This document shows, in pieces, positions 31,443 to 41,915 of a stretch of 64,000 bases of DNA. This DNA is from an uncultured Nitrososphaeraceae archaeon. GTDB lineage: Archaea; Thermoproteota; Nitrososphaeria; Nitrososphaerales; Nitrososphaeraceae. The stretch is taken from NCBI GenBank assembly GCA_963729045.1, contig CAVSMN010000015.1, positions 32,001 to 96,000 on the forward strand, read 5' to 3'. The first letter of the stretch is position 1, and every line of letters starts with the position of its first letter. The notes under the pieces are model-generated. The model was not told the origin of the DNA and did not search any database. It saw only the letters and a program-made list of their open reading frames with translations. Made by a program: the position numbers and the translations under genes.

Positions 31443-32366
31443 ATGACTGAAATTAATAATGCACAAGTCGTTGATAAATGTATAACATCAAATCCAAAAA
31501 GGTGGTTGGTGTGTAGCAAAAGTGTAAAGGGAGCATTACATTCACGAACTGGTAATTCGAATCAAGATTCAATTCGATGGAAACAATCTCACACCTCCAA
31601 TACCATAGTCATGTCGGTTGCCGATGGACATGGGAGCGATATACATTTTAGGAGCAAAATCGGTTCACAAATTGCAGTCAAAATTGCAGTTGAAACTTTA
31701 TTTGAACTATTTCATAATCAACCAATTGAAATTAATAATGTTTCTCAGGTAAAGGATATTATTAGATATTCTGTACCGCGCATATTAGTTCATAACTGGA
31801 TGGATCGAGTCCAATATCATATGCAGAAACATCCTTTTTCAAATAACGAGATTGACCACATATTGAAAAAGAAAGGCCCACTCATATTAAAAAAAATAAT
31901 TGACAATCCAAAGATCGCTTATGGATCCACGCTATTAACTGCAGTTATTACAAAAAACTATTTCATATTTTTTCAACTTGGTGATGGTAACATATTGATA
32001 GTCGACAATGACAAGAACGTACGGAATATGTTTTCCAATAAGAACGGTGACTCTGGTGACAAATCATCAGTAGAGTCTATTGTTCACACCGAATCACTTT
32101 GCATGGATGATAGCTGGTTAGAATTCAAAACTGGAATATTTGACTTTCACGCACTAAAACCGAAGTTGATTCTGTTATCTACCGATGGATATTGCAATTC
32201 CTTTAACAATGAATCTGGCTTTCTTAAAATTGGACTGGATTACTTAGCCCTATTGGAGGAATACGGCTATTCATACTTGAGCGAGAATCTTTACGACATA
32301 TTAAGACAAACCTCTCGAGAAGGTAGTGGTGATGATATAACTCTTGGTTTGATATATCATATATAG
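31443..32366 (+). CDS. TerY-associated PP2C-family phosphatase
   Basis: SVKGALH...NQD, VADGHGS, YGSTLL, QLGDG, TESLC, STDG, GDDIT. Confidence 0.9.
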   Translation: MTEINNAQVVDKCITSNPKRWLVCSKSVKGALHSRTGNSNQDSIRWKQSHTSNTIVMSVADGHGSDIHFRSKIGSQIAVKIAVETLFELFHNQPIEINNVSQVKDIIRYSVPRILVHNWMDRVQYHMQKHPFSNNEIDHILKKKGPLILKKIIDNPKIAYGSTLLTAVITKNYFIFFQLGDGNILIVDNDKNVRNMFSNKNGDSGDKSSVESIVHTESLCMDDSWLEFKTGIFDFHALKPKLILLSTDGYCNSFNNESGFLKIGLDYLALLEEYGYSYLSENLYDILRQTSREGSGDDITLGLIYHI

Positions 32367-32434
32367 ACCATTAGCCGCTTAATGTTGGGATAAAAACCAT
32401 TAAAGATCTGTTTCTTTTACAGATTGTTTCATTA

Positions 32435-33805
32435 TTAGCTGAAGTTACTAATCATCGCCTTACCCAGCTCTGTTTTAAAATTGTCTACCTTTTGATTCAC
32501 TCCATTCAAACTGTGAAACTCTATGTCATTCTTCTGTGAGCTTCCAGAATTGGAGTGCAGTCCTGATTCATTAACATTTTGCAATAGGGACTGGTTATCG
32601 CTATTTATCTGAAGATTCAATTCTTTTTCTATATTATTTGTGAAGTCTGAAATTGATTCTTTGTGAGAAGTAATACTCGATGATTCAGATCCATCATTTG
32701 TTGGATCGATATTATTAGTGGATACATCATTAATCAACTGGGAATTGTTCCCTAGAGGATTTACTTGAAGATTGCCATCTGTTCCGAAAATCATATACGC
32801 AGCAATACATGTTGTCACGAATACCGCAGCTATTACTACCCCTAAAAAGTACAATTTCATAGGCTTTTTAAAACCACTATTCAAATTTGATACTTGACCG
32901 ATAACTTGATTAGATCTCGCATTGCTGCTAGAATAAAGTAGTATCTCTCTAGTATTATTCCTTCTCTTAATTATGAATTCATCATGGGGATCTATTGCTA
33001 GTGCTTTGTCGTAGCATTCTAATGCTTCTACAAATTTTCCCTGGTTATGAAGAGACAACCCTTTATTTGATAAAACATTTGAATTCTGGGGATCTATTGC
33101 TAGTGCTTTGTCGTAGCATTCTAATGCTTCTACAAATTTTCCCTGGTTATGTAACATTATTCCGTTTTCATATAACTGGTTTAGATCGGTTGCGTTCACC
33201 ATTATTAGATTTGAGATTGGATTACATTGGGATATTTCCCCTTGTTGGATGCCCTCATCCAAATTCGCAACATAATTACCGAGCATTAAATATCTTTCTG
33301 TTCTAATACCATTAGTTAAATTATTATAATCCAATTCGGTCATCAGGTCAAATCCAATAGACCAAGCAATAGTCACCCAGGCAGCAGATTTATCATCCAA
33401 TCCATAATCTGAGGATAATCTTGTCATCATGTTGTAAATCTTATTTTCAGTATCATTATCAAAGATATTGCATTCCCGAATATCGGTTATTCTAGCCCTA
33501 AGGGCAGTTGTGAGCAAAAATATTTCCTTCTTGTTTTCAGAACCGTATATATCTTTGAGTAGGCCTTCAAACCTGCTAGGCTCGCTTAAAAGAACCGAGT
33601 AATCCACGACGATCTTTTTTAACAACTTGCCAGTAACTGTGATAGAAGCATACCCCTCAAACATATTCTTCAGTTCTAACCCCTGCTCCCAGATGACTGC
33701 TAAATACTCTTTATGGTATTTGTAAAATAATGTGCTAACACCCTTTTCTAAGATTTTAATGAGATCTGTTAATTTCTTTGAATTCATGAAAGCAAAACTT
33801 AACAT
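32435..33805 (-). CDS. TPR-repeat membrane protein with uncharacterised helical N-terminal domain (start may be 33664)
   Basis: Two TPRs (LHNQGKFVEALECYDKALAIDP), TM helix LYFLGVVIAAVFVTTCIAAYMIF, Ser/Asn-rich tail. Confidence 0.8.
   Translation of the reverse strand: MLSFAFMNSKKLTDLIKILEKGVSTLFYKYHKEYLAVIWEQGLELKNMFEGYASITVTGKLLKKIVVDYSVLLSEPSRFEGLLKDIYGSENKKEIFLLTTALRARITDIRECNIFDNDTENKIYNMMTRLSSDYGLDDKSAAWVTIAWSIGFDLMTELDYNNLTNGIRTERYLMLGNYVANLDEGIQQGEISQCNPISNLIMVNATDLNQLYENGIMLHNQGKFVEALECYDKALAIDPQNSNVLSNKGLSLHNQGKFVEALECYDKALAIDPHDEFIIKRRNNTREILLYSSSNARSNQVIGQVSNLNSGFKKPMKLYFLGVVIAAVFVTTCIAAYMIFGTDGNLQVNPLGNNSQLINDVSTNNIDPTNDGSESSSITSHKESISDFTNNIEKELNLQINSDNQSLLQNVNESGLHSNSGSSQKNDIEFHSLNGVNQKVDNFKTELGKAMISNFS
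32985..33151 (-). repeat. 65-bp perfect direct repeat spaced 102 bp apart (TPR unit duplication)
   Basis: 32985-33049 identical to 33087-33151; 102 bp is one 34-aa TPR. Confidence 0.92.
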
Positions 33806-34260
33806 AAGTAAAGTTCTATCTATTTACTAATATCGATTTAAATCAATTTTTAAAAAAATTATTCAGTGGTTATTGTCATGATGGAATTGTAAAGAATATA
33901 GTGCAGTAATTATTTCTTGAAATAGTTTTGTCAAATATTGTTATCAATCAATATCTTCTCTTGGTTGGGGAAATCGTGGATAAGTTTGCAAAGGGATAAA
34001 GGATTCTAAATCCCAGACTCGATCACTCTTTAGGATAGTACAGATTAAAACAGTCATTACACACTATCTCTCTGTATTTAGAGTATTTTTGATTCTTGTT
34101 TACCTTAGTGTTAATCACTGTAAGGTCCACTTTACAAACAATACATGACTTTGATGTTCTACTTTGTAATACCATGGCATAATTCATTATATGATATTAC
34201 AATAGTGATATTTAAGTTAAATAAAGCCTTGCCAATCACATATGACTCACTTTGACTCTT

Positions 34261-35394
34261 TTATATTATGTCTAATTTGGTGTCACTTAAGAAGATCGTA
34301 TCAAATTCTTTGACATTTGCCTTAACCACCAGAACTCCTTTCACAAAATCATCAATCGATCCAAATCCAAAAATCAGGCCATTATCAATTTTATTTCCAA
34401 ATCCCACAAAGCGGTTTTTTAGAAATTCGTTATCGGGAACATATAATATTTTTTCATTAATTACATTTGAAGACTCGTATCCCTTTAGGTATTTTATTTC
34501 TGAAAAAAATCTATTTCTATAGTAAATATAATTGATTCTAGAAAGATCTAATTTCATGATTACTACTTTATCCTTTGTCAAAAATTTACAAAAAGTTTTC
34601 ATTCTTTTCGCATATCTTTCCGTGAGGGATCTGTTATTTACAACTCCTTGCCTTTCTCCATACATGAAATTCATTTTCAGGTTTGTTGGAAGATGGCTAA
34701 ATAATTCCAGTAGATTTCTGTCCATATTTGGGCCACCAAGATATATTATGCAATCAGGCTGTATTTTTTTCAGCAGATCGATCTTGTGTACCAGCCCGTT
34801 CCCTTTTATATAGCCATCAGTATTTATGATCGACAAATCATGCTTTAATGAGGTATCTAATTGCCGGCGAATATTTGAAATAATTTTAGACTCGTACCCG
34901 ACGGGTTGAATGCCGCCAATAAAATTGGTACAATTTGTTTTTACCTTCCATAGGTCTACTTCCGGGAAATTCATTACTGCCGCTCCCAAGCAAGTCGGTG
35001 GCGCCAAATCGCCCTGACCCACGTCTGCATCTATTAACAATGGCCTTAAACCGTGGCTGATAAACACATTTGCCATATACAATGAAAGGGTGGATTTACC
35101 TGAATTGGAGGGTCCAATTATTATGATTCTCTTTTTTTCTTGTTTCAATACGTTTCTCACAAGGTCTTTCCAAATTGAGATTCCAAAATTTTTGTGGTGC
35201 TCATTGGTCTCATAGTTATAATGATTCCAACTCCTTCCCCTAATTATCGATAAGATAGAACTGTTATTCTTTTCAACTGGAATGATTCTACTACTTTCCC
35301 ATCCGATGCATTCATTCTTGCATTTGACTCCTAATATGCTACATTCTCCTTTTATCTCAAGTAGTACTGGACCCTTTATCAGTACAGTTTTCAA
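34261..35394 (-). CDS. Clp1/Grc3-family polynucleotide 5'-hydroxyl kinase
   Basis: GPSNSGKST, DADVGQGDLAPP, INTDG, R...R lid. Confidence 0.88.
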   Translation of the reverse strand: MKTVLIKGPVLLEIKGECSILGVKCKNECIGWESSRIIPVEKNNSSILSIIRGRSWNHYNYETNEHHKNFGISIWKDLVRNVLKQEKKRIIIIGPSNSGKSTLSLYMANVFISHGLRPLLIDADVGQGDLAPPTCLGAAVMNFPEVDLWKVKTNCTNFIGGIQPVGYESKIISNIRRQLDTSLKHDLSIINTDGYIKGNGLVHKIDLLKKIQPDCIIYLGGPNMDRNLLELFSHLPTNLKMNFMYGERQGVVNNRSLTERYAKRMKTFCKFLTKDKVVIMKLDLSRINYIYYRNRFFSEIKYLKGYESSNVINEKILYVPDNEFLKNRFVGFGNKIDNGLIFGFGSIDDFVKGVLVVKANVKEFDTIFLSDTKLDII

Positions 35395-35850
35395 TATCCC
35401 CTTTTGTTATTTACATGCTATTCTATTTATAAAGAATTTTTTCATTCGAGTTTTTTTTCTAATTTTGTTCTATATTCCCTGTTTTCGCTTGGTAGGGGGA
35501 TTTCATTGATCAGGAATCAAAAATAACACAAAATTAAGTGAGATTCCAATTCAACAAGTTTTGGTAAAGACAGATTAGACCGATTTAGTGATTAGGCACT
35601 TGTGGAGGGAGGCATCAAATCTCTGATCATGGTCATATTGTTATATCCAAAACTAAAGTCCAGCTATTGTGTATTACCTTTTACGATTTTATTAGTCTAG
35701 TTTGACTGTGTCTAAAATATTTGTATTTCCACCATAATGACGTCTTAATCAACCGATTATCCTTATTTGGCCAACCACAGATGATAGTAGACTATCAGAA
35801 ACCGGTATTTACTATTTAATAATTAAATAACCAATGTGAAAATAAATAGC

Positions 35851-36279
35851 ATGCAAGGAACAAGAAAAATAGCATCGGAGGTCCTAGTATCTGTGGCACT
35901 TGCGCTATTAGTAATATATATTCTTGATGTCGGTGTTTCGATGTTAAGTCATTCAGAAGATGGCTTTTTGCCTCTCTCAGCCAAAGAAAGAGGAATGATT
36001 TTTGGCGGTGGATCAATTTTATTATTTGTAATTTCGTTTGGGATTGGAATAAATGTGGCATCTAGACTTCTAACTGTTTTATTAATCATAGGCGGTGCTA
36101 TCATGGGTACTTCCGTATTGATATCGTCATTTATTGCCCCAACACAAGATAGTAATAGCATGAATTCATCTTCTGATAGCGGACAGTCGCAAGGATTACC
36201 ACCTCAATTCATTGGGGTAATAGTAATAGGGTATATTATTATGGGGATGGGAATCCTTAGGATATTGAGGAAAAAATAG
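35851..36279 (+). CDS. Membrane protein, about 4 TM helices
   Basis: Four hydrophobic segments; GFLPLSAKERGMIFGG loop. Confidence 0.7.
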   Translation: MQGTRKIASEVLVSVALALLVIYILDVGVSMLSHSEDGFLPLSAKERGMIFGGGSILLFVISFGIGINVASRLLTVLLIIGGAIMGTSVLISSFIAPTQDSNSMNSSSDSGQSQGLPPQFIGVIVIGYIIMGMGILRILRKK

Positions 36280-36905
36280 AACGTAGAAGCGTACTATCCT
36301 TCCTATTGTTTTGTTATACCTATTCCTAAATTAAAAGAGAGACACTGAATAATTATCTAAAATATGATATATGATGATAATAATGTGCTATACAAACTTT
36401 CTCTATTTACCTTATAATGTCATTATTTCCATTAAATGTCGGATCACTAGTGCTGTATGTCACTATCTTTAGATTCCTTTAAACCTATATCTTGTTCTCC
36501 CACCCTAGTCGTTTACTACTTATCATTAAAAAGATATAATGATATATCCAACTTTTCATATCTTACTACTTCATATGGATCACATAAAATAACATTATTT
36601 TGATATCATCTAGTAGAATTTTCCATAATCTGTATGTGGTTACAATCCAAGATCATTAGTGCTCATGACTCCCCAAGTAAATTGCAAGTATGTTTTTCAA
36701 AAATCATCAGGTCGTTAAATAAATAAAACTCAACCTGTATATAATTTCGTTTGTTATTGTGTACCTATATTTGATAACAATAACTGTTATTTGTATTGGT
36801 GTAATAAGATCAGTCATTCGAATTATTGTCATCTATCCATTAGCTTGATCTGCTATGATCCTTCCAATCATTAATCTCGAGTGATTAGTATATGACACAT
36901 AGTGG

Positions 36906-37754
36906 TTACTTTGATTTCGAGAGGTTTTTTTTCTTTTCTAAGATCATGTTATTAGCGATGTTGATGTAGTTTTTATCAATCTCAGTACCAATATAGTTGA
37001 TACCAAGTTCGATGCATGCCAATGCAGTATGACCAATACCTATAAAAGGATCATATACTATAAAGTCTTTATTAGAATATCCATGAAGTTTAATACAAAG
37101 ACTAGCTAGTTTCTCAGGAAAAATGGCAGGATGGGATCTGCTGGATTGGATGGTTGGATAAGATATGAACCATACATTCCCTCTGTCTCTCTTGTCCTGC
37201 TCTACTGATTTCCATCTTTTGATGTTTGATTTATCCTGATAGGGAACACCTATTGACAATTTCTCTAAATTTAGATTTCCAGTTTTAGTAAAGTGAAAAA
37301 TATATTCATGTGTATTAGTTAAATACCTGCTACTTCTGATCGGTTTAAAATGACCTATCGAAAAACCAGTTTTGCAAATCTGGTTATTATTTCCTATGTC
37401 TTCTTTTTCAATGGATATAGACTTTATCCAGTGAATGGTATTTTGCAATTTATAACCTGCAGAAATAAACTTGTTTAGAACAAGGTACGGGAATTAGAGG
37501 TTCAGCAGAGGTTCCACCGATATTGAGAAAAAAGGATCCATTAGGTTTTAGAATCCAAAAACTCCTTTGAGCTACCACAAACAGCCAATCTAAGTAGTCA
37601 TCAGTCTTTTTCTATCGTGATAGGAACTATAGTTTTTTCCAATATTATACGGGGGTGAAGTAATAATTATATCTATCTTGAATCTGTCCTCTTTTCTAAT
37701 TTTTTCCATAAACAAGTTACAATCTTCGCAATAAATCTGATTAATTGAAATCAA
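36906..37754 (-). CDS. N4/N6 DNA methyltransferase (beta class, SPPY), split by two compensating homopolymer indels
   Basis: Reconstructed [12 protein letters not shown]...[11 protein letters not shown] / [17 protein letters not shown] / LQNTIHWIK...HPAIFP...YDPFIGIG. Confidence 0.85.
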
Positions 37755-37997
37755 TCAGCTCTAATATGCTATAGCGCTTTTAAAATTTTTTTACTAATCT
37801 TAGATATTTTTGTTATACGGGAGTGATACTAATCTCAAAGTGGCCACAGGACAATAAGACTAGGAATTAAGTGGAAGGGCATCTAAGAGACACTTTGATC
37901 TTTTTACTCATCATAGAAAATAATTTAATTAATTCGATTGACAAATCAATTTTCGATAAGTAAATTTGTGTAATTAAATCATCTTCTATTATTACTA

Positions 37998-39749
37998 CTA
38001 CTTTAGTTGACCCTTGTATATTTCAAAAATGTCTTTGACTGTTGTAGCATCCTCCGCAGACTTATCTTCTCTAATTTTCCCAGTAAATTTTGGAAATCTA
38101 AGTGCTAGACCATATCCGGGCTTCATTTTATTAATTGCAGTTGTGTAAACAGGACTCAAGGTTATTTCAGGGGAAATGATCTCTAAAACTATTTTGGGTT
38201 CGAACCATGTATCCATTTTTGTAATTCCGGATTCCACTCTAGAATGTTTATGTTTGATGATGTACCTGTTGAGCTTGTCAGTTATGTCTAGGAGAACATT
38301 ATCAGTAAATCCAGTTCCTACTTTACATATAGTACAGAAGATATCCCTATCTGGATCATAGGTAGCTAACAACAACGCCCCGTATTTTCCAACCCTCCTT
38401 CCCTTCCCATGTAAAGCCCCTACAACTACTAGATCAACTGAATCAGTAACTTCTCCAGAATACTCTTTCTTATATTTCATCCAAGCCCATTCTCTGGCTC
38501 CGGCCCTATACTGGCTACTGGGGTTCTTTACCATAATTCCTTCGCAACCATTCTTGAGAGCCTTTTCCGTGTAGTTTTCAATTTCTTCAAATCTTGAAAC
38601 TTTGATTTGATCTATTAATTTAATTTTACCACTCATTTGCTGTGTACCAAATATTTTTACAAGTAACTTTCTGCGTTCGAGTAGGGGTAGGTGAGTCTTG
38701 TCAAGACCATTAAAGTATAGCAAATCAAATAAGTTCAATATTACAGGATAAGCCGCAGTAATTTCTTGAATATTGTACTTCCTTCTTCTCCGCATTAAAG
38801 TTTGGAATGGAAGATATTTATTGTTAGCAGGATTAATTGCAACAACTTCACCCTCTGCTATCAAATCCTTGGTCTCTATTTTATCTAACTCCTTTACAAT
38901 ATCAGGAAAATTTGAAGTCACATTTTCCAAGCTTCTAGTAAATAGTTCAATCTTTTTTCCCTTTTTATGGATTTGAATTCTTTCGCCATCGATCTTGAAT
39001 TCTGCTAATGCATCGCCATTAATTTTTTCCAGGGCCTCTAATGGATTTGACACTCTTTCTGCGAGCATTGGTCGAATGGGGATAAATAAAGAAATGGAGA
39101 TCGACCGGATATCCTCAAGTGATCCTTTAGACAGTATTAATGCAATTTTTCCTAAATCACTAGAAACATTATAGGCTCTTTCTAGTATTTGTCTGTTTTT
39201 TTTATCTCCTGTGAACGTTAGAGCTATTGCATCAAGAAGAGTAAAGTTTGCAATACCTAATCTTAAATTTCCTAGAATTAGTTTGACTATGAATTTTGCT
39301 TCAATATCGGAGGAGTTGTTCAATAAACTCACAATAAATCTGAGTTTAACGTCTAACGATCCTGTCCCAGATACATTGGTAATCTTTAATAATGTTTCGA
39401 ATACGTTTTCGATAGTTAGTAGTTGTTGAATTAATGTGGTTTGTATCTTGTTCTTCAAGATATTATAAGCGACGTCTCCCAAATCTCCGACATCAGAATA
39501 TTTCTTTTGGATTTCGGTAGGTGAATGACCACTTACAAGTGACAGTGACTTAATTATCAGTTTATCGGCGATTCCCAATTCACTCGATTCATAATCTGGT
39601 CCTATTTTTCCCTGAATTAAATAAACTATTTTATCGATTATATCAGTAGGTGTTTTTTTTAATATTGATACTAGATGATCAGTAAGTTCTAACCTACTAG
39701 TAGTTTTCTCCATTATTGCAAAGGTTTCAGCTAGTTCTAGAAAATTCAC
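37998..39749 (-). CDS. lig: ATP-dependent DNA ligase
   Basis: PMLA, EFKIDGERIQIH, EGE, FDLLY, EGIMVK, WMKYK, LRFP. Confidence 0.97.
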   Translation of the reverse strand: MNFLELAETFAIMEKTTSRLELTDHLVSILKKTPTDIIDKIVYLIQGKIGPDYESSELGIADKLIIKSLSLVSGHSPTEIQKKYSDVGDLGDVAYNILKNKIQTTLIQQLLTIENVFETLLKITNVSGTGSLDVKLRFIVSLLNNSSDIEAKFIVKLILGNLRLGIANFTLLDAIALTFTGDKKNRQILERAYNVSSDLGKIALILSKGSLEDIRSISISLFIPIRPMLAERVSNPLEALEKINGDALAEFKIDGERIQIHKKGKKIELFTRSLENVTSNFPDIVKELDKIETKDLIAEGEVVAINPANNKYLPFQTLMRRRRKYNIQEITAAYPVILNLFDLLYFNGLDKTHLPLLERRKLLVKIFGTQQMSGKIKLIDQIKVSRFEEIENYTEKALKNGCEGIMVKNPSSQYRAGAREWAWMKYKKEYSGEVTDSVDLVVVGALHGKGRRVGKYGALLLATYDPDRDIFCTICKVGTGFTDNVLLDITDKLNRYIIKHKHSRVESGITKMDTWFEPKIVLEIISPEITLSPVYTTAINKMKPGYGLALRFPKFTGKIREDKSAEDATTVKDIFEIYKGQLK

Positions 39750-39920
39750 TAGAGAATCCTTATAAAATTAGATTATTAATTTTTGTGAAGCTATTATTGT
39801 TGAAAAGTGAACCTGTTATTGAAGTTTTACTTACATTAAGGAGACACGCATCACCAGAAGTATAATCATTTGACAAGTTGATAGTTTTTATACGAAGTTG
39901 ATACACGCTATTGTATTAAT

Positions 39921-40379
39921 ATGAGTAGCGTAAGTGAGATAATGTCCTTTAGGGAGCCATGGACAATTGCTGCATATTCCAATAAAACTGCGCGCGATGT
40001 AGCTGCTATTCTAACCAAAAATCGTATAGGATCCTTAATTGTGATAGATAAGGACAATACACCAATTGGAATTATTACTGAAAGCGACTTAGTCAAACGG
40101 GTTTGTTTGGAGAATTATTATGCCGATAAAGTTCTTGTCGAAGAGATCATGTCTTCTCCATTAATTACTATTATGACTTATGATTCAGTTGATACCGCGT
40201 CTAGAATCATGCTTTCAAATAAGATCAAGCGATTACCTGTTTTAGAGGCCGATAATCGCATTATTGGGATAATAAGTGTTACTGATATTACACACCACCT
40301 TGCCAAAATACTGCTTGATGATTATAATAGGCATAGATCTTTGAAGAAAATCCTGGAAATGAACGATGTATCAAATTAG
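39921..40379 (+). CDS. CBS domain pair protein
   Basis: GIITESDL, IMSSPLIT, IKRLPV, GIISVTDI. Confidence 0.92.
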   Translation: MSSVSEIMSFREPWTIAAYSNKTARDVAAILTKNRIGSLIVIDKDNTPIGIITESDLVKRVCLENYYADKVLVEEIMSSPLITIMTYDSVDTASRIMLSNKIKRLPVLEADNRIIGIISVTDITHHLAKILLDDYNRHRSLKKILEMNDVSN

Positions 40380-40827
40380 AAATAAATGTTTGAACTGGTT
40401 TCTCTATCAGAAGTACAAGAAAATTCACTCTGGTAATATCTTCAAAAATTCTATAAAATAGAAGGAAGGTATTTTTTACAAATTTCAATCACCCATGTTT
40501 AGTGGTGAAGCGCTAGACAATTGTCGTTGCAAACTCAAATTTCGAATAGAGGGTAATTATGGGGATGTTCTATCCCTTCTTGCCATTGATTTATTATCCA
40601 AAAATTTAATTAAATCCAAAATAGGAGTAGTGGGTGTCAGAGCGGTATTTCAAATACTTGTTGTTAACACATGGTTTACCAATGATTCATCATGGTTCAC
40701 TCATGGTTAGCCCATGAGGATGCAATACTAGATAATCAACATGGAGACTATAGTACCATCGCACTTGTAGGAAAATATTGTTGAATGGAAATGGTTAAAT
40801 TATGTTGATATTTTTTATTAATAAAAT

Positions 40828-40902
40828 GCCTTGGTAGCTCAGCCTGGCCAGAGCGTTGCCTTGGTAAGGCAAAGGTCGCGGGTTCAATTCCCGCCCAAGG
40901 CT
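40828..40902 (+). tRNA. tRNA-Thr(GGT)
   Basis: GCCTTGG/CCAAGGC acceptor, TTGCC-TTGGTAA-GGCAA anticodon arm, GCGGG-TTCAATT-CCCGC T arm. Confidence 0.97.
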
Positions 40903-41815
40903 TTCTTTTTAGACCTAAAGAAAGCCAATTTGAACTTGTTAGTGAACACGTTGTTAATGAAGACACCTTACCAGAATCGGTAAGAAAAAAATGCTAATAT
41001 AGGCCATCAAATTGATTGGTCTCGTTATAAAGCGTATCTTGGAAAGAATTTTAGCTAACATATTGCTAAAGCTCGTTTTTCTTATTCAATCAAATACTAT
41101 CAAATTCTTGCAACTGGTGATGCATCAAATCTTGTTGTTTTGTCATTTGATAAGAGAATGCATATTATGAAGGCTTTGGCTACGCTTTCCAAGTTTTTGG
41201 GTTGCTATGATAAATGGAAGGAAATAGTACAGAATTATCAGTTGAAGTGGTCTGATAGTGGCAACGTGGCCGGCTTTTCTAAAGGATTAGAGATATTCCA
41301 AAAGATTTATGGGAATGACAATTACCAAGAAATGATTATTCAACTAAAGGATGCATGTTTAGACTTGACAGGAAATATTCATCTGTTTTGTTATATTGTG
41401 TTTTAACGGGTTGCGGTCGGCTGAAGCATGCAGCAGTTTGCGACTACTTAGAGAAAGAAATGATGGTTATCTAGAAAGAGAAAGCAAACTTTTAGAGCAT
41501 TTTAGATTTCCTTCTGTCTTTTTGAGCCGGACCAAAAATGCATACATATCTATTGTATTTGAAAAGTTGTTGGAGTTGATGACCCATTCTTCACCAGTAT
41601 CCTATAATTCGTTGAGGCTGGCTTTGAGACGTAAAGAGATAAAGATGAATATATCAATATGTCGCAAGATTTTTGCCGCATTTTTGAGAAATGAAGGTGT
41701 GGAACAGGAAATGATCGATTTACTTCAAGGTAGAATTCCTAAATCTGTTTTTGTTAGACACTATTATAGACCTGACATGTCAAAATTTGAAGAGATTAGA
41801 GTAGAAGTTAACTAA
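40863..41815 (+). pseudogene. SSV1-type tyrosine integrase remnant (int(C)-like), disrupted by stop and frameshifts
   Basis: GLRSAEA, TKNAYIS, RKIFAAFLR...IDLLQGR.PKSVFVRHY; N-terminal part IDWSRYKAYL..S*H; frame traceable into tRNA-Thr 3' half. Confidence 0.82.
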
Positions 41816-41915
41816 ATTACATGATATTGATAGTGAAATGAAATGAGTAATGTTTCAGAAGTTGGACCGCCAATCTTCCAATTTGGGTGAATAAAATGGA
41901 TGACCTTGTAGTGCT

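Noticed and set aside
34245..34253. ACTCACTTT matching the SRP RNA 3' end as an att site
   Set aside because: Only 9 bp in AT-rich DNA, expected by chance; no integrase nearby
40748..40966. 72-aa minus-strand ORF
   Set aside because: Antisense translation of tRNA-Thr (PWAGIEPAT)
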